Below, piece by piece: positions 37,925 to 51,325 of a stretch of DNA of 64,000 bases (its first letter is position 1; each line of letters starts with the position of its first letter). Position numbers and translations under genes: made by a program. The DNA is taken from NCBI GenBank assembly GCA_964016885.1, contig OZ024756.1:19592001-19656000 (forward strand), given 5' to 3'. Origin of the DNA: Eledone cirrhosa (Eukaryota). The notes beneath the pieces are model-generated. The model saw nothing but the letters and a program-made list of their open reading frames with translations, was not told where the DNA came from and did no database searches.

Positions 37925-38916
37925 ATAACTGTTTCTACTTTTGGCACAAGGCCAGCAATCACCCAGTACATTACTGGTACTTTATTTTATCGACCCCGTA
38001 AGGACGAAAGGTAAAGTTAACCTCGGTGGGATTTGAACTCAGAAAGGAAAGGGACGTAACTCTATGCTGGAAAGCATGGCGCCCGACCCTCTACCGATAC
38101 TGCCAATCCACCACATAGGACATACAATTGTTTCTACTTTGGCACAAGGCCAGCGATCACCCAGTACATTACTGGTACTTTATTTTATCGACGCCGTAAG
38201 GACGAGAGGCAAAGTTAACCTCGGCGGGATTTGAACCCAGTCCGTAAAGGGACGTAACTCTATGCTGGAAAGCCTGGCGCCCGACCCTCTACCGATACTG
38301 CCAATCCACCACATAGGACATACAATTGTTTCTACTTTGGCACAAGACCAGCAATCACCCAATACATTACTGGTACTTTATTTTATCGACCCCGTAAGGA
38401 CGAAAGGCAAAGTTAACCTCGGCGGGATTTGAACGCAGTCCGTAAAGGGACGTAACTCTATGCCGGAAAGCATGGCGCCCGACCCTCTACCGATACTGCC
38501 AATCCACCACATAGGACATACAATTGTTTCTACTTTGGCACAAGGCCAGCGATCACCCAGTACATTACTGGTACTTTATTTTATCGACGCCGTAAGGACG
38601 AGAGGCAAAGTTAACCTCGGCGGGATTTGAACCCAGTCCGTAAAGGGACGTAACTCTATGCTGGAAAGCCTGGCGCCCGACCCTCTACCGATACTGCCAA
38701 TCCACCACATAGGACATACAATTGTTTCTACTTTGGCACAAGACCAGCAATCACCCAATACATTACTGGTACTTTATTTTATCGACCCCGTAAGGACGAA
38801 AGGCAAAGTTAACCTCGGCGGGATTTGAACGCAGTCCGTAAAGGGACGTAACTCTATGCCGGAAAGCATGGCGCCCGACCCTCTACCGATACTGCCAATC
38901 CACTACATAGGACATA
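37925..38916 (-). repeat. Head-to-tail array of five Meta-type SINE units (198 bp)
   Basis: Units start at about 37928, 38125, 38323, 38521 and 38719; identical ORFs 396 bp apart. Confidence 0.93.
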
Positions 38917-39181
38917 TAATATGACATCAATATCATATTATGTGTGATGTTTATTCTCTTTCGACTCAACAATGTACAGGAATTAGTGTAGATATACATC
39001 TATAATTCCATATTGATGCCTTGGGCTAACATAAGCCAACATCGTTATACATTCATTTGATCTATATATTATCTCTGGTTCTTTTCACACTGTCAGGTCA
39101 GACCAGTCCTCTCTCTCTCTCTATTTATATATATATAACTCCCTCCTCTCTCTCTCTATATATATTTATATATACCCCCCC

Positions 39182-39230
<49 letters not shown>

Positions 39231-39254
39231 TATGTCTCCTCCCCCCTCTCCCTC

Positions 39255-39332
<78 letters not shown>

Positions 39333-39366
39333 CATATATATACACACACACACGCACGCACACACA

Positions 39367-39680
39367 CATCATCATCATCATCATCATTTTACGTCCGCTT
39401 TTCCCTGCTTGCAAGGGTGGGACGGGTCTTATTCACTTATTCAGCACAGCATCTCTCCACTCGTCACGGTCCTTCGTCATCTCCACCGTGAGCTTCAATG
39501 ATCTGAGGTCTGTTCTCACCACCTCCGCCCATGTTTTTCGTGGTCTACCTCTACCACGTCTTCCTTCAACTGGCATTTCCTGGCACTTCTTCACCCATCG
39601 GTCATCCTCCATGTGCATCACATGTCCATACCACCTCAGTCTCCTCTCCCATACACTACATTCTATCCCTCTCAGACACA
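39367..39680 (-). mobile_element. RTE 3' end, short-UTR subfamily
   Basis: ORF 39433..39681 RRLRWYGHVMHMEDDRWVKKC..GRGRPRKTW, followed directly by the SINE-A-type tail. Confidence 0.88.
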
Positions 39681-39721
39681 TATAATATATATATATATAT
39701 ATCTCCCCCTCTCTCTATATA

Positions 39722-39774
<53 letters not shown>

Positions 39775-40720
39775 TATATATATATATATATCTCCTCCCC
39801 CCTCTCTCTCTCTCTCTATTTATATATACACACACACACACACATGCATATATATAATATATATCTATATATCCTCCCCCTCTCTCACAGCCTCGCTCTA
39901 TGCCCCCCTCTCAACTCCCCTCTATTCTCTCCCTCTCTACCCTCCTGTCTTTCACCCTCTCTCTATCCACCCCCCTCTCTCAAAGTTCATCTGACATTAT
40001 TATTGCCTAGTTCATGTAAACAGCTCTGTCACATGTCAAGGTGATATAAAGAGAATTTCTCTTGGGTACATGTTTATATTGTTTAAAGATATATTAATGA
40101 ATACAACTTATGAAACAATGCAATAACACACACACACACACACAGACACACACAATCACGCACGCAATACCACACACACACACACACACACAGTACCACA
40201 CAATCACGCACACAATACCACACACAATCACACACACACAATTATACACAACACACACACATTGCTACACAATCACACACACAAGAACACACACATAATA
40301 ATCACACACACACAACCACGCACACAACTACACACCATAAAATTCACAACACACAATCACATACAACCAATCACACAATCCTACACAACACACACAACAC
40401 ATACACACAACACACACAACACACACAACACATACACACACAATCACACACCATTTCATGAATAGAGATGTTGTTCAATTCTGTTTGTTTTCAAACCTTT
40501 TAATAAATGAATAATACTTTTATGTATTCTAATCTTTTCATACAAGAGTTGAATAACTATATATATATATATCATCATCATCATCATCGTTTAACGTCCA
40601 TCTTCCACGCTTGGATGGGTTTGGACGGGAATTTTCCTACTTGAGGCAAGATTGGTTGTCTTGCTCGTATAGGACTGTCTGGCGGGTTTTCTACGGCTGG
40701 ATGCCCTTCCTAACACCAGC

Positions 40721-41035
40721 ATGCATGTTTTGCTTTTGATCAGCTCACGGTTCAATCTGTATCAATCTACCCAACTCTGGAATCAAAAGCTCTGCAGAGG
40801 TCCGACGAGCTTTTGATTCCAGAGTCAGGCGAGATTGATACAGATCAAACCTTGAGCTGATCAATAGCAAAACGCACATCACCAATCAATAAACACAATG
40901 AAGACATAACTTATCGTCCTTGTATTATTATATTTACACTCTATTTAGCTCTATACCTCGCTACAGGTGTGAATCTAAACATCGAGTGCTCACCCGGGTG
41001 AACGTACAGTAACTTCACGTTACACTCCCTGGATA
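40721..41035 (+). mobile_element. Fold-back pLTR remnant with decayed long-stem-II hammerhead
   Basis: ~72-bp inverted arms (40721-40792 / 40807-40879); GGT-CCGACGA-GCTTTTGAT..ATCAATAGC-AAAA-CGCACA-TC-ACC; AATAAA; GAGTGCT at 40984-40990. Confidence 0.6.
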
Positions 41036-41039
41036 TACA

Positions 41040-41306
41040 TCATCATCATCATATCATCAACTTCGTTTAACGTCCATCTTCCACGCTAGCATGGGTTAGA
41101 CGGGAGTTGTCCCACTTGAGGCAAGGCAAGTCGGGTGACTGTGTCTCGCTCATATAGGACTATCTGGCAGGTTTTCTACAACTGGATGCCCTTCCTAACA
41201 CCAACCACATTTACAGTGTGGAACTGGGAACTTTTTACCGTGTTACCTACACGACCACATTACAGCGTGGACTGTTTTTTTTTGGTTTTTTTTCGTGACA
41301 CCTACA
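41040..41306 (-). mobile_element. RTE 3' UTR fragment
   Basis: Matches the RTE 3' UTR in reverse. Confidence 0.82.
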
Positions 41307-41447
41307 CATATATACACACACACATATATATATATACACACACATACACACACACACACACACATCTATATGTATATAGACACACACATGTATGTATGTA
41401 TATATATATATACACGCATGCATGCTAGCGTGGCATGGTGCAGTGTT

Positions 41448-42750
41448 GTGGATTGGCAGAACTGTTTGAGTGTAGGACAAGATAGATACGTTGTAGTATG
41501 TGTTGCAGTACAAGGTGGTAGATTGACAGAACTGTCACAGTGTAGGACAAGATAGATACGTTGTAGTATGTGTTGCAGTACAAGGTGGTAGATTGACAGA
41601 ACTGTCACAGTGTAGGACAAGATAGATACGTTGTAGTATGTGTTGCAGTACAAGGTGGTAGATTGACAGAACTGTCACAGTGTAGGATAAGATAGATATG
41701 TTGTAGTATGTGTTGCAATACAAGGTGGTAGATTGACAGAATTGTCACAGTGTAGGACAAGATAGATATGTTGTAGTATGTGTTGCAGTACAATGTGGTA
41801 GATTGACAGAACTGTCACAGTGTAGGACAAGATAGATATGTTGTAGTATGTGTTGCAGTACAAGGTGGTAGATTGACAGAACTGTTTGAGTGTAGGACAA
41901 GATAGATACGTTGTAGTATGTGTTGCAGTACAAGGTGGTAGATTGACAGAACTGTCACAGTGTAGGACAAGATAGATATGTTGTAGTATGTGTTGCAGTA
42001 CAATGTGGTAGATTGACAGAACTGTCACAGTGTAGGACAAGATAGCTATGTTGTAGTATGTGTTGCAGTACAAGGTGGTAGATTGACAGAACTGTCACAG
42101 TGTAGGACAAGATAGATATGTTGTAGTATGTGTTGCAGTACAATGTGGTAGATTGACAGAACTGTCACAGTGTAGGATAAGATAGATACATTGTAGTATG
42201 TGTTGCAGTACATGGTGGTAGATTGACAGAACTGTCACAGTGTAGGACAAGATAGATACGTTGTAGTATGTGTTGCAGTACAAGGTGGTAGATTGACAGA
42301 ACTGTCACAGTGTAGGACAAGATAGATATGCTGTAGTATGTGTTGCAGTACATGGTGGTAGATTGACAGAACTGTCACAGTGTAGGACAAGATAGATACG
42401 TTGTAGTATGTGTTGCAGTACAAGGTGGTAGATTGACAGAACTGTCACAGTGTAGGACAAGATAGATACGTTGTAGTATGTGTTGCAGTACATGGTGGTA
42501 GATTGACAGAACTGTCACAGTGTAGGACAAGATAGATACGTTGTAGTATGTGTTGCAGTACAAGGTGGTAGATTGACAGAACTGTCACAGGGTAGGACAA
42601 GATAGATATGTTGTAGTATGTGTTGCAGTACAAGGTGGTAGATAGTATGTGTTGCAGTACAAGGTGGTAGATTGACAGAACTGTTAGAAACAAGATAGAT
42701 TTGTTGTAGTATGCATTCTAGCTCTTTACATTCTTAGTTTAACTTCTGCC
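41448..42750 (+). repeat. 70-bp minisatellite, about 17 copies
   Basis: GATTGACAGAACTGTCACAGTGTAGGACAAGATAGATACGTTGTAGTATGTGTTGCAGTACAAGGTGGTA; ORF starts offset by multiples of 70. Confidence 0.97.
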
Positions 42751-43361
42751 TCCTATTACTGGCCAATTCATGGAGGAGAAACAGGGCCTTGGAGACCAGG
42801 CAAATGGGGATAGATATATTGCAAATATCAGATGTAGCAACATGTTGATAGGAGTAACATTTTAGTCGTCATCCCCATCCTCATCGTTTAACGATGCATG
42901 GGTTAAACGGGTTGTCCCATTTGAGGCAAGTTGGGTCAGGTGACCGTGTCCTGCTCATGTAGAACTGTTTCTGGCTAGATTTCTACAGATGGATGCTTTT
43001 CCTAATGCCAACCACTTTTGCAGTGTGGGCTGGGCTGGGTGCTTTTTGTCATGACTCCTACAAGACCACTTTACAGAGTGGGTTGGGTGCTTTTTGTCAT
43101 GACACCTACGTGACATATTAACACAAATGCCAGTGGACCCTACCTAAAGCCAGATAAATGTTAGAACAGCAAATAAACATTAGGGTATATAACACTTTTT
43201 TTTTTTTTAATAATAAAGAATTTAATATTTATTCAAACATAAAAAAAACAAGGTAGCATTGGAAAGGACTATAGATACTATAAATGAGAGAAAAGGGAGG
43301 GAAAGAGCAAGGATTACCAGGTGACAAAAGAAAGAAAGAGGGAAGGGTAATATTAATAGAG

Positions 43362-43705
43362 ATGCATGCATGTATGGCCCTGTAACTCCAGAGGAGGCCA
43401 TAGGGGCACTGTATTGACGCATGGCATTTCTAGGGTATTTTAAAAACCTGGCAGAGCCCACCCCTCTCCAGCTCTGAACACAGTAGATTTCTTCTAGAGA
43501 AAGATAAAAAAAGTGAGAGAGAGGAAGTGAGAAAGAGTTATAGAGGAAGAATCGACACCAGTACTTGACTGGTACTTTTTTGATCCACCTCAAATGGTTG
43601 AAAGACAAAGTTGACCTCAGTGGGATTTGAACTCAGAGAGTAGAGAGTCAGAACAAATTCCACAGAGTAATCTATCCAACATTAATCACTGTCAATTTGC
43701 TGCCT
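43362..43705 (-). mobile_element. Meta-type SINE, long-tail older family
   Basis: Same head, B box and Meta-like domain but a CT-rich spacer and a different ~150-bp tail; homologues at 50635-51325 and 51843-52165. Confidence 0.72.
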
Positions 43706-44570
43706 ATTAATAGAGATAATTGCTGTTAAAAATATAGAGGTCTTTGAAACGTATTTATTACCTATATTGCACTCTATGTACATCGTTTATCACATAAGTA
43801 AGTTTGTAATCAATAAATGTGGTAAAGCTTGGTTTTGTTAATACTCTTCTAAAGAATATTTAATTCTTGAAGTAACGCCCTCTATGTCATCTCAATGAAA
43901 ACATAAGAAGCTATGTATATTTATATGATCAGGTATATATTTGTCTTTTGGTTTATATATTATTTTACTTTTCATGTCTTTTCTATTTTCTTTTTTTCCC
44001 TCTGAAATGTATATGACGTCAATTCAGAAAGTTAACCTAATTCAGCTTAACTTTGTTAAGTAGCAAAAATCAGAAAATTTATTGAGCTAAACGTTCAAGA
44101 AAACCGTTAGCAAAAAAAAAGTTTTACTCCTTTCAGCAAATCCAGTTTTTAAGTGTGTTTAATTTCCCAGACACAAAACTATCACTTCTATTTTATTTCA
44201 TAGCAATTATTTCTAATCTTGCCAAATAAAAGCAAACAGCAGGATTTGATTCGGATAAACAACAAAATATAATTTAATTAAAACTACTTCAAGTTAAAAA
44301 TCTTGCCAATAAAATTTCATTGCAAGAATAATTACTTACTGATAGTATACAATTTAACTCTTAACATCCTACAATAATTTGGTAGAAAATGTCTAAAAAC
44401 AGGTTTGCTAATTCAAATGTTTAGAGTATTTTTAATATTGGACAGGTGGGCTCACATTTGTTTATAATAGTGAGTGATGGGGAGAGTGGGAAAGACAGAG
44501 GCAGTGATGGTGGGAGTTTGGTTCCATTGAGTTCAAACCTGATGTATATGTATATATTTATTTACCATAC

Positions 44571-44618
<48 letters not shown>

Positions 44619-45278
44619 ACACTTTGAAGTTAAACTCAGTATCAAAATGGCAAAGACATTGCCATAGACAGTGGCCAGTGATACCCACTGCTACAGCCAC
44701 CCCACCTTCTGTGGGCTCCTTCCTCAGATGGGCTGCTGTCATTCCGATTTTACAGAAACAGAAAATAATCATGAAAAATGTGCTGTATTAGAGTAAAGAC
44801 TTTAATATTTAATCTAATGCAGTCCTAATGCTATTTCATACTTTTCAAAATCCAGGAAAAAAAAAAAAAATCCTGGGTACTGCTCTTTCTTCCTGACTAA
44901 GCAGTAAATGGAAATTATCTGGAATCATTTTGTGTGCAAAGATGTAACTCTTCCAGACTCAAAAGATGTAAAAAATAAATATTAAAAAGATGCTGTTGAG
45001 TAATCAATTAACCAGTTTCTGGTAAAACCTACCATTTTTAGTAACATTAAAAAACATTTCGAAATTTGTAAATAAAATAAAAATGATTTGGCATAAAGTG
45101 TCCCTTTTACAGGCCGTAATGAAAAGGATGATAGTTTTTTTTTTTTCTTTTTTTTACTATAATCCTTCTCTATGGTCTCACTAGTCTGATTAACACATTC
45201 TCAATAATGAACTATTTCATTCCATTCCAAAGAACTTTTTCTCTCCTCTGTATATAGTATACCATATTTATTTTTCCT

Positions 45279-45506
45279 TTAACCCTTTAGCATTCACATT
45301 ACTCTCTATTTACTATTGTATTTTCACAGAAAAAGCTTTATCTTGCATAATATCTCACATAATATCAAATCTATGAGATTTTGATAATATTTATTTTGAG
45401 AACAATACATTAACATCAGTATGAGTGGCTGATTACAACTGGTTTGAACAGAAAGAAGTGAGAGAATTGTGGCTGGATACGGCCGGTTGAAATGCTAAAG
45501 AGTTAA
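45279..45506 (+). mobile_element. piggyBac-type MITE, complete
   Basis: TTAA-CCCTTTAGCATT ... AATGCTAAAGAG-TTAA; partial copies at about 10180, 23335, 47995 and 50190. Confidence 0.85.
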
Positions 45507-45870
45507 GCAACTTTTTTATATCTTAAATTTATACACCGCTGGTGAAATAAATAAGAAAAAAAAAAAAACGATTAATCAGATTGGAACTACACACACCAAC
45601 CTTTAATTAATGCTGGCTCCTGGAGTTGTTAACTAATCCATGTTTTGGGGAGCATGTTACATAGATAAGCACCGTAAACATGACAGAGGAGAACAACCTG
45701 TTTTAAAATGTAGAGTTTTAGAAACACACAAAAACAAAAGCGAACTTAAATTTTCTTTTGAACTTGTTATATTCTGGCACCTCTAACATATATCCCCCAT
45801 CTTTAAGTCACTACGTTCTTTTTTTTCTTTGCAGCAATGAAATTTATCTTCATTGATGGCAGCCTAATAT

Positions 45871-46310
45871 ATAATTGTTTCTACTTTTGGCACAAGGCCA
45901 GCAATTACCCAGTGCATTACTGGTACTTTATTTTATCGACCTTGTAAGGATGAAAGGCAAAGTTAACCTCGGCGGGATTTGAACTCAGATCATAAAGGGA
46001 AGTAACTCTATGCTTCAAAGCATGGCGTCCGACCCTCTACCAATACTGCCAATCCACCAATGATTGGAGGACTGCAAGACTGTGTCAGGAATATCTTTTC
46101 TGAGCACATTATTAAAATAAGGTGGTGAATTGGCAGTATCGGGAGAGGGTCGGACGCCATGCTTTCCAGCATAGTTACGTCCCTTTATGGTCTGAGTTCA
46201 AATCTTGTCGAGGATAACTTTGCCTTTCATCCTTACGGGGTCGATAAAATAAAGTACCAGTAATGTACTGGGTAATTGCTGGCCTTGTGTCAAAAGTAGA
46301 AACAATTATT
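45871..46310. mobile_element. Two Meta-type SINEs in opposite orientation
   Basis: 45871-46058 (-) and 46120-46310 (+); the second is flanked by ATTATTAAAATAAG TSD. Confidence 0.88.
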
Positions 46311-46416
46311 AAAATAAGTTGGATTACTTTGAATAAAACATGAATGAATATTATGTAATTTATCTACTAAATTTCATAACTCTTAATTAAACATAAATAT
46401 TCTTATATATAATATA

Positions 46417-47329
46417 CTAGCAGTAAAGCCCGGCGTTGCTCGGGGTCGCTCAGTAGCTGTGTTAAAGTTACAATGTTAAGTTTCTTTTTTGGCTTAAAAA
46501 CTGTAGTGTCTACTGTGCAGACTTGCATGTGGTGTTTTTGATTAATATTCCCTCAACCAACAATATGCCTTATGAAGTTAAGAAAACATAACGATAACCC
46601 GAACGTTATAACAAAAGAGGATGCTGGGGATAGAAACTGCACTGGTTATTTATTAACAAAGATCGAAAATGTAAACACTGCAACGCAGAGAAAAACATTA
46701 GCGTAACCAAATTATCAGTTATGTCTGTCTGCACGCCTATATCACCTCTCTGCACGACTATCTGTCTTCACGTTTATATCACCTCTCTGCACGACTATCT
46801 GTCTGCACGCCTATATCACCTCTCTGCACGACTGTCTGTCTGCACGCCTATATCACCTCTCTGCACGACTGTCTGTCTGCACGCCTATATCACCTCTCTG
46901 CACGACTGTCTGTCTGCACGCCTAACGACGAAATATTTGCTTGTTTTACGTAGTCTTTAAATAGACTTGTTTTCAAGTAAAAATATTGTTTTAAAATGCT
47001 TTTAAATGGAAATGAAGCAAAACGGAAGCTTTGTGTATTGTGTTAATGTCATTTTAAACGCTGAGAAAGCCAGCGTAATTTTTTACGTAAGACGCTCAAT
47101 GTAAACAGAACAAAGGGAAATAACTGATAACTTACGCTCAAAAATCGATACATTATATTCGATTTCGTCACATAGGGTGGGTCAATTTGAAATTTTTTTT
47201 TCCGATGTCTTCGCTAGGGCTCAATGTACAAGTCTAGCAATTTCGGTGCAATTCCGTGAGAGATTCTAAGAGGAGATGTGTGCCAAAAATCGATAGACAG
47301 ACAGACAACCACAGTTTTACATATATAGA
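46417..47329 (-). mobile_element. Non-autonomous Helitron (913 bp) with internal 37-bp minisatellite
   Basis: Minus strand starts A|TCTATATATGTAAAA..GTCTGTCTGTC and ends CCCGAGCAACGCCGGG hairpin + CTAG|T; no TSD; tandem unit at 46722-46923. Confidence 0.85.
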
Positions 47330-47379
47330 TTGCTTATTTTAAGATTCACTTCTTTCTGGTTAGCGTCCATTATATCATA

Positions 47380-47578
47380 GCACATAAAGCCATATGCTAT
47401 ACCACATCGCTTATATAAATGTTCATATATTTGCATCATATCGTTTATATTTCCGTGCATATTCTCAATTACGATTTTATTTGATGTATGATATCTACAT
47501 GCATGAATATTTGCGTATATCAATATGCACACTACACATGCTGTCAGAAAACCACCTGAAGGGTGGTTTTTCTGCTAG
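47380..47578 (+). mobile_element. Second Helitron 3' end (different family)
   Basis: AAAACCACC-TGAAG-GGTGGTTTT hairpin followed by TCTG-CTAG|T (47575-47578); the 5' boundary is uncertain. Confidence 0.55.
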
Positions 47579-48461
47579 TTTATATAAGAAAGAAATGTGA
47601 TGAATTAGCAGAATTATTGGAGCAGCAGACAAAATGTTTTGGAGCATTTAGATAACAGTTCTTTTTGCCTCTGAGTCTGAGAAAAGTACCAGATTGGTGA
47701 CTGGCATGAATGAGACCACTAAAATTGCAATATGATGAAAAAGTAACAAAAAGAATCATACCGCATTTTCCTTTGCACGGGTTAACAAGGGCTGCATTCA
47801 AGCCTTAGGTATAGGGGCCTGTTCAAAAAATATATTGCAGTCTCCATTTCATCCTGTAAAAACTGGTGATGGGCCTGTGACCTGTCCTGGGAGGTGTGGG
47901 ATGGATGCACCAAGATTGCGTATGCCAAAATACCAAAGAGGGTTTGGAAGGGAGCAAACCATAACAATCTTTCTGGGGTTAATAATATAAAATACCAGCC
48001 ATTCACATTACTCTATATTTACTATTGTATTTTCACAGAAAAGGCTTTATTTCACATAATTATCTCACATAATATCAAATCTATGAGGTTTCGATATTTA
48101 TTTAGAGAACAATACCTTAACGTTAGTAAGAGCGACCAGTTATGACCAATTTGAAAAGAAAGAGGTGAGAGAATTCTGGCCGGTTTAAATGCTAAAGGGT
48201 TAATCGACTTTTCCCAACCCCCAAAATTGTTGGTCTTGCGCCTAAATTCGAAATCATTATTTATATAAGATAAAATATCCTTTTGTTTTAAGAGTTCCAG
48301 ACCACAAAATTTACTGGAAGTTACTTGAGGCAAAAGGGTATGCGTTTAAGAATACATAACATTTTGTTTTTAGTACAATGAACTGTTTTAGCTACATTTA
48401 ATGTACCAACTGAAACAAACATTTAATGTACCAACAGACAGACATACATACACATTCAATC

Positions 48462-48663
48462 TATGAGGGTGGGCTGAAAAGTTCATTGGCTGACTATGAA
48501 GGAGTGATGCTAGAGCTGTGAAATCTTGCATGCATTAAATTCAACTCTTCTTATTAACAACTGCATTGTTTCTTTCTAGGGACTATGATGAAAAATATAC
48601 CTCATTTGGTCATTCCATGAGAGTATCTTGGTCAGTCAATGAACTTTTCAGCGGACCTTCATA
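48462..48663 (+). mobile_element. Tc1/mariner-type MITE, complete
   Basis: TA-TGAGGGTGGGCTGAAAAGTTCATTGGCTGAC ... GTCAGTCAATGAACTTTTCAGCGGACCTTCA-TA: ~31-bp imperfect TIRs and TA TSD; partial reverse copy at about 53862-53954. Confidence 0.85.
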
Positions 48664-49282
48664 CCAACAAACAAACATACATATACATGAGGCTTTTAAC
48701 ATTGTGTACATTCTTCATTGTAATGTTTGTTGTTGTTATTGTTGTTGTTTATCCAAAAGCCAGCTCAAGGGCTGACTAGAGAACAGACTGTTTACAATAA
48801 ACTGATTCAGAAATTCTGCCCCCCCCCCCCCCACACACACACACGCACCCAAAGAAACCCAAAACGAGCTTTTTTTAAAATTTTATTTTGTTTTTGGCTT
48901 GTTATTTTTCTGTCACTTCTACTACATGTACCCCCCCCCCCCCGCGCCCCCCCAAAATGACCTTAATTTTTTTTTTTAGCTTTATCTTTTATTTGAGCTT
49001 ACATTTCTGTCAGTTCTACCACATGTAAACACCCACCCACGCCCTCACCACCACCACTGCACTAAATCCCTACTGCACATGTCATCTATTCACATTACAC
49101 AACTAAATAATTCAATCTCTCAGTATATTTCATGTTAAATCCCCTAATTAAATTTATCAACTTCCTTTCATTCAACATTTTTCTATTCCCCCTACACCTA
49201 CATTTTTGTTGTTTTAGTTGTTTTTTCAAGTCAGCAAGGCAAATCCAATAAACCTTCTTCCATAAGATTATATCTAATCACT

Positions 49283-49283
49283 G

Positions 49284-49315
<32 letters not shown>

Positions 49316-49996
49316 CCACCATCATCACCATCATCATCATCATCACTATCACCATCATCACCATTATAACCATCACCATTACCATCAACAATATCATCAC
49401 CATCATCAACATTACCACCACCACATTACCACCGCCATCACCACCACCAACACCATCACCATCATCATGAACACCACCATCACAACCACCATCATCACCC
49501 CCACCAACACCACCATCACCACCACCATCATCATCATTATCATCACTATCACCATCATCACCATTATAACCATCACCATTACCATCAACAATATCATCAC
49601 CATCATCAACATTACCACCACTATCACCACCACCATCACCACCACCAACACCATCACCATCATCATGAACACCACCATCACAACCACCATCATCACCCCC
49701 ACCAACACCACCACCACCACCAAACTCTCTAACAACTACCATCACTATCACCACCACAATCACCACCACCACCACCAACACCATCACCATCATCATGAAC
49801 ACCACCATCACAACCACCATCATCACCCCCACCAACACCACCACCACCAAACTCTCTAACAACTACCATCACTATCACCACCACAATCACCACCACCACC
49901 ACCACCAACACCATCACCATCATCATGAACACCACCATCACAACCACCATCATCACCCCCACCAACACCACCACCACCACCAAACTCTCTAACAAC
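49283..49996. repeat. (CAT/CAC)n array with ~130-190 bp block duplications
   Basis: Direct observation (AAACTCTCTAACAAC marker occurs 3 times). Confidence 0.93.
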
Positions 49997-50189
49997 TCTA
50001 CTTTTTTTTTAAAATGTTTATTTCATTTTAGTTCATTTAATTCCTCTCTAATCAAAAGATTTCAATTCTTCAACTCGCTCAAGCGGAACATGAAAATAAA
50101 GTTATCCAATGAGTTTAAATGAAGGAGACCACATCAGCCATATTCTTCAACTCACTCAAGCAGAACAAGGAGAGTTATCCAGTGAGTTT

Positions 50190-51325
50190 AAACCGGCCAT
50201 ATACGGCCAGAATTCTCTCACCTCTTTCTGTTAAAACCGGCTGTAACTGGCCACTCATACTGATATTAAGGTATTGTTCTCAAAATAAATGATTTCTAGT
50301 ATTAAATTATCTTTCATTTCCCAAGCGGGAGTATTGTTCCCAAAATGAATAATATCAAAATCTTGTAGATTCGATATTATGTGAGATAATTATGTGAGGT
50401 AAAGCCTTTACCTTGAAAATATAATAGTATGTATGTAACGTCAAAAGGGCGGTGGATTGGCAGTATCGGTAGAGGGTCGGACGCCATGCTTTCAAGCATA
50501 GTTACGTCCCTTTACGATCTGAGTTCAAATCCCGCCGAGGTTGACTTTGCCTTTCATCCTTACGGGGTCGATAAAATAAAGTACCAGTAATGCACTGGGT
50601 AATTGCTGGCCTTGTGCCTAAAGTAGAAACAAGTATGCATGTAACGTCCAGTAACTCCTGACAGATTCGTAGGGGCGCCATATTGACATGCAGTGTTTCT
50701 TGGGCATTTTAAGCCTGGCAGAGCTCATCCCTCTCCAAGTCTGAGTACAGCAGATTTCTTCCAGAGAAAGATAGAAAGTGAGAGAGAGAGAGGAAATGAG
50801 AAAGAAATATAGAGGAAGAATCGACCCCAGTACTAGACTGGTACTTTTATTATCAACCTCGAAAGGCAAAGTTGACCTTGGTGGGAATTGAACTCAGAGA
50901 GCAGAGAACCAGAATCATTTCATCATTTCATTTCATTTTTTACGTCCGCTTTTTCCCTGCTTGCAAGTGTGGGACGGGAACTGATTCTGGCTTGATTTCT
51001 ACAGCTGGATGCCCTTCCTAACACCAACCTCATTTACAGTGAGTGCTGGGTGCTTTTTTTTGCCGTGGCACCTCCACGACCACTTTGCAGTGGAATGATA
51101 GGGACCCCAGTCCCTATCATCTCATTTCTACAGCTGAGTAAACTGGAGCAATGTGAAATAAAGTGTCTTGCTCAAGGAAACAACACATCACCCGGTCTAA
51201 GAATTGAAATCACAACCTTTCGATTGCAAGGCCAATGCTCTAACCACTAAGCCATGTGCCTCCATGAATGAATACCATAAAGCATTCTATCTGACGTTCC
51301 AACAACTCTGTCAATTCGCCGCCTG
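50190..51325. mobile_element. Nested cluster: piggyBac MITE, short-tail Meta SINE (50447-50631), long-tail Meta SINE split by a CORE SINE A (50915-51263)
   Basis: Each piece matches the families above; GTATGYATGTAACGTC TSD around the short-tail SINE. Confidence 0.8.

Noticed and set aside
41448-42750. CRISPR-like regular array (also 17391-18645)
   Set aside because: Units are identical along their whole length with no unique spacers, there are no cas genes, and the context is eukaryotic.
45833-46120. Strong acceptor followed by ATG (MKFIFIDGSL...)
   Set aside because: The frame runs into a SINE after about 40 nt and there is no convincing donor.
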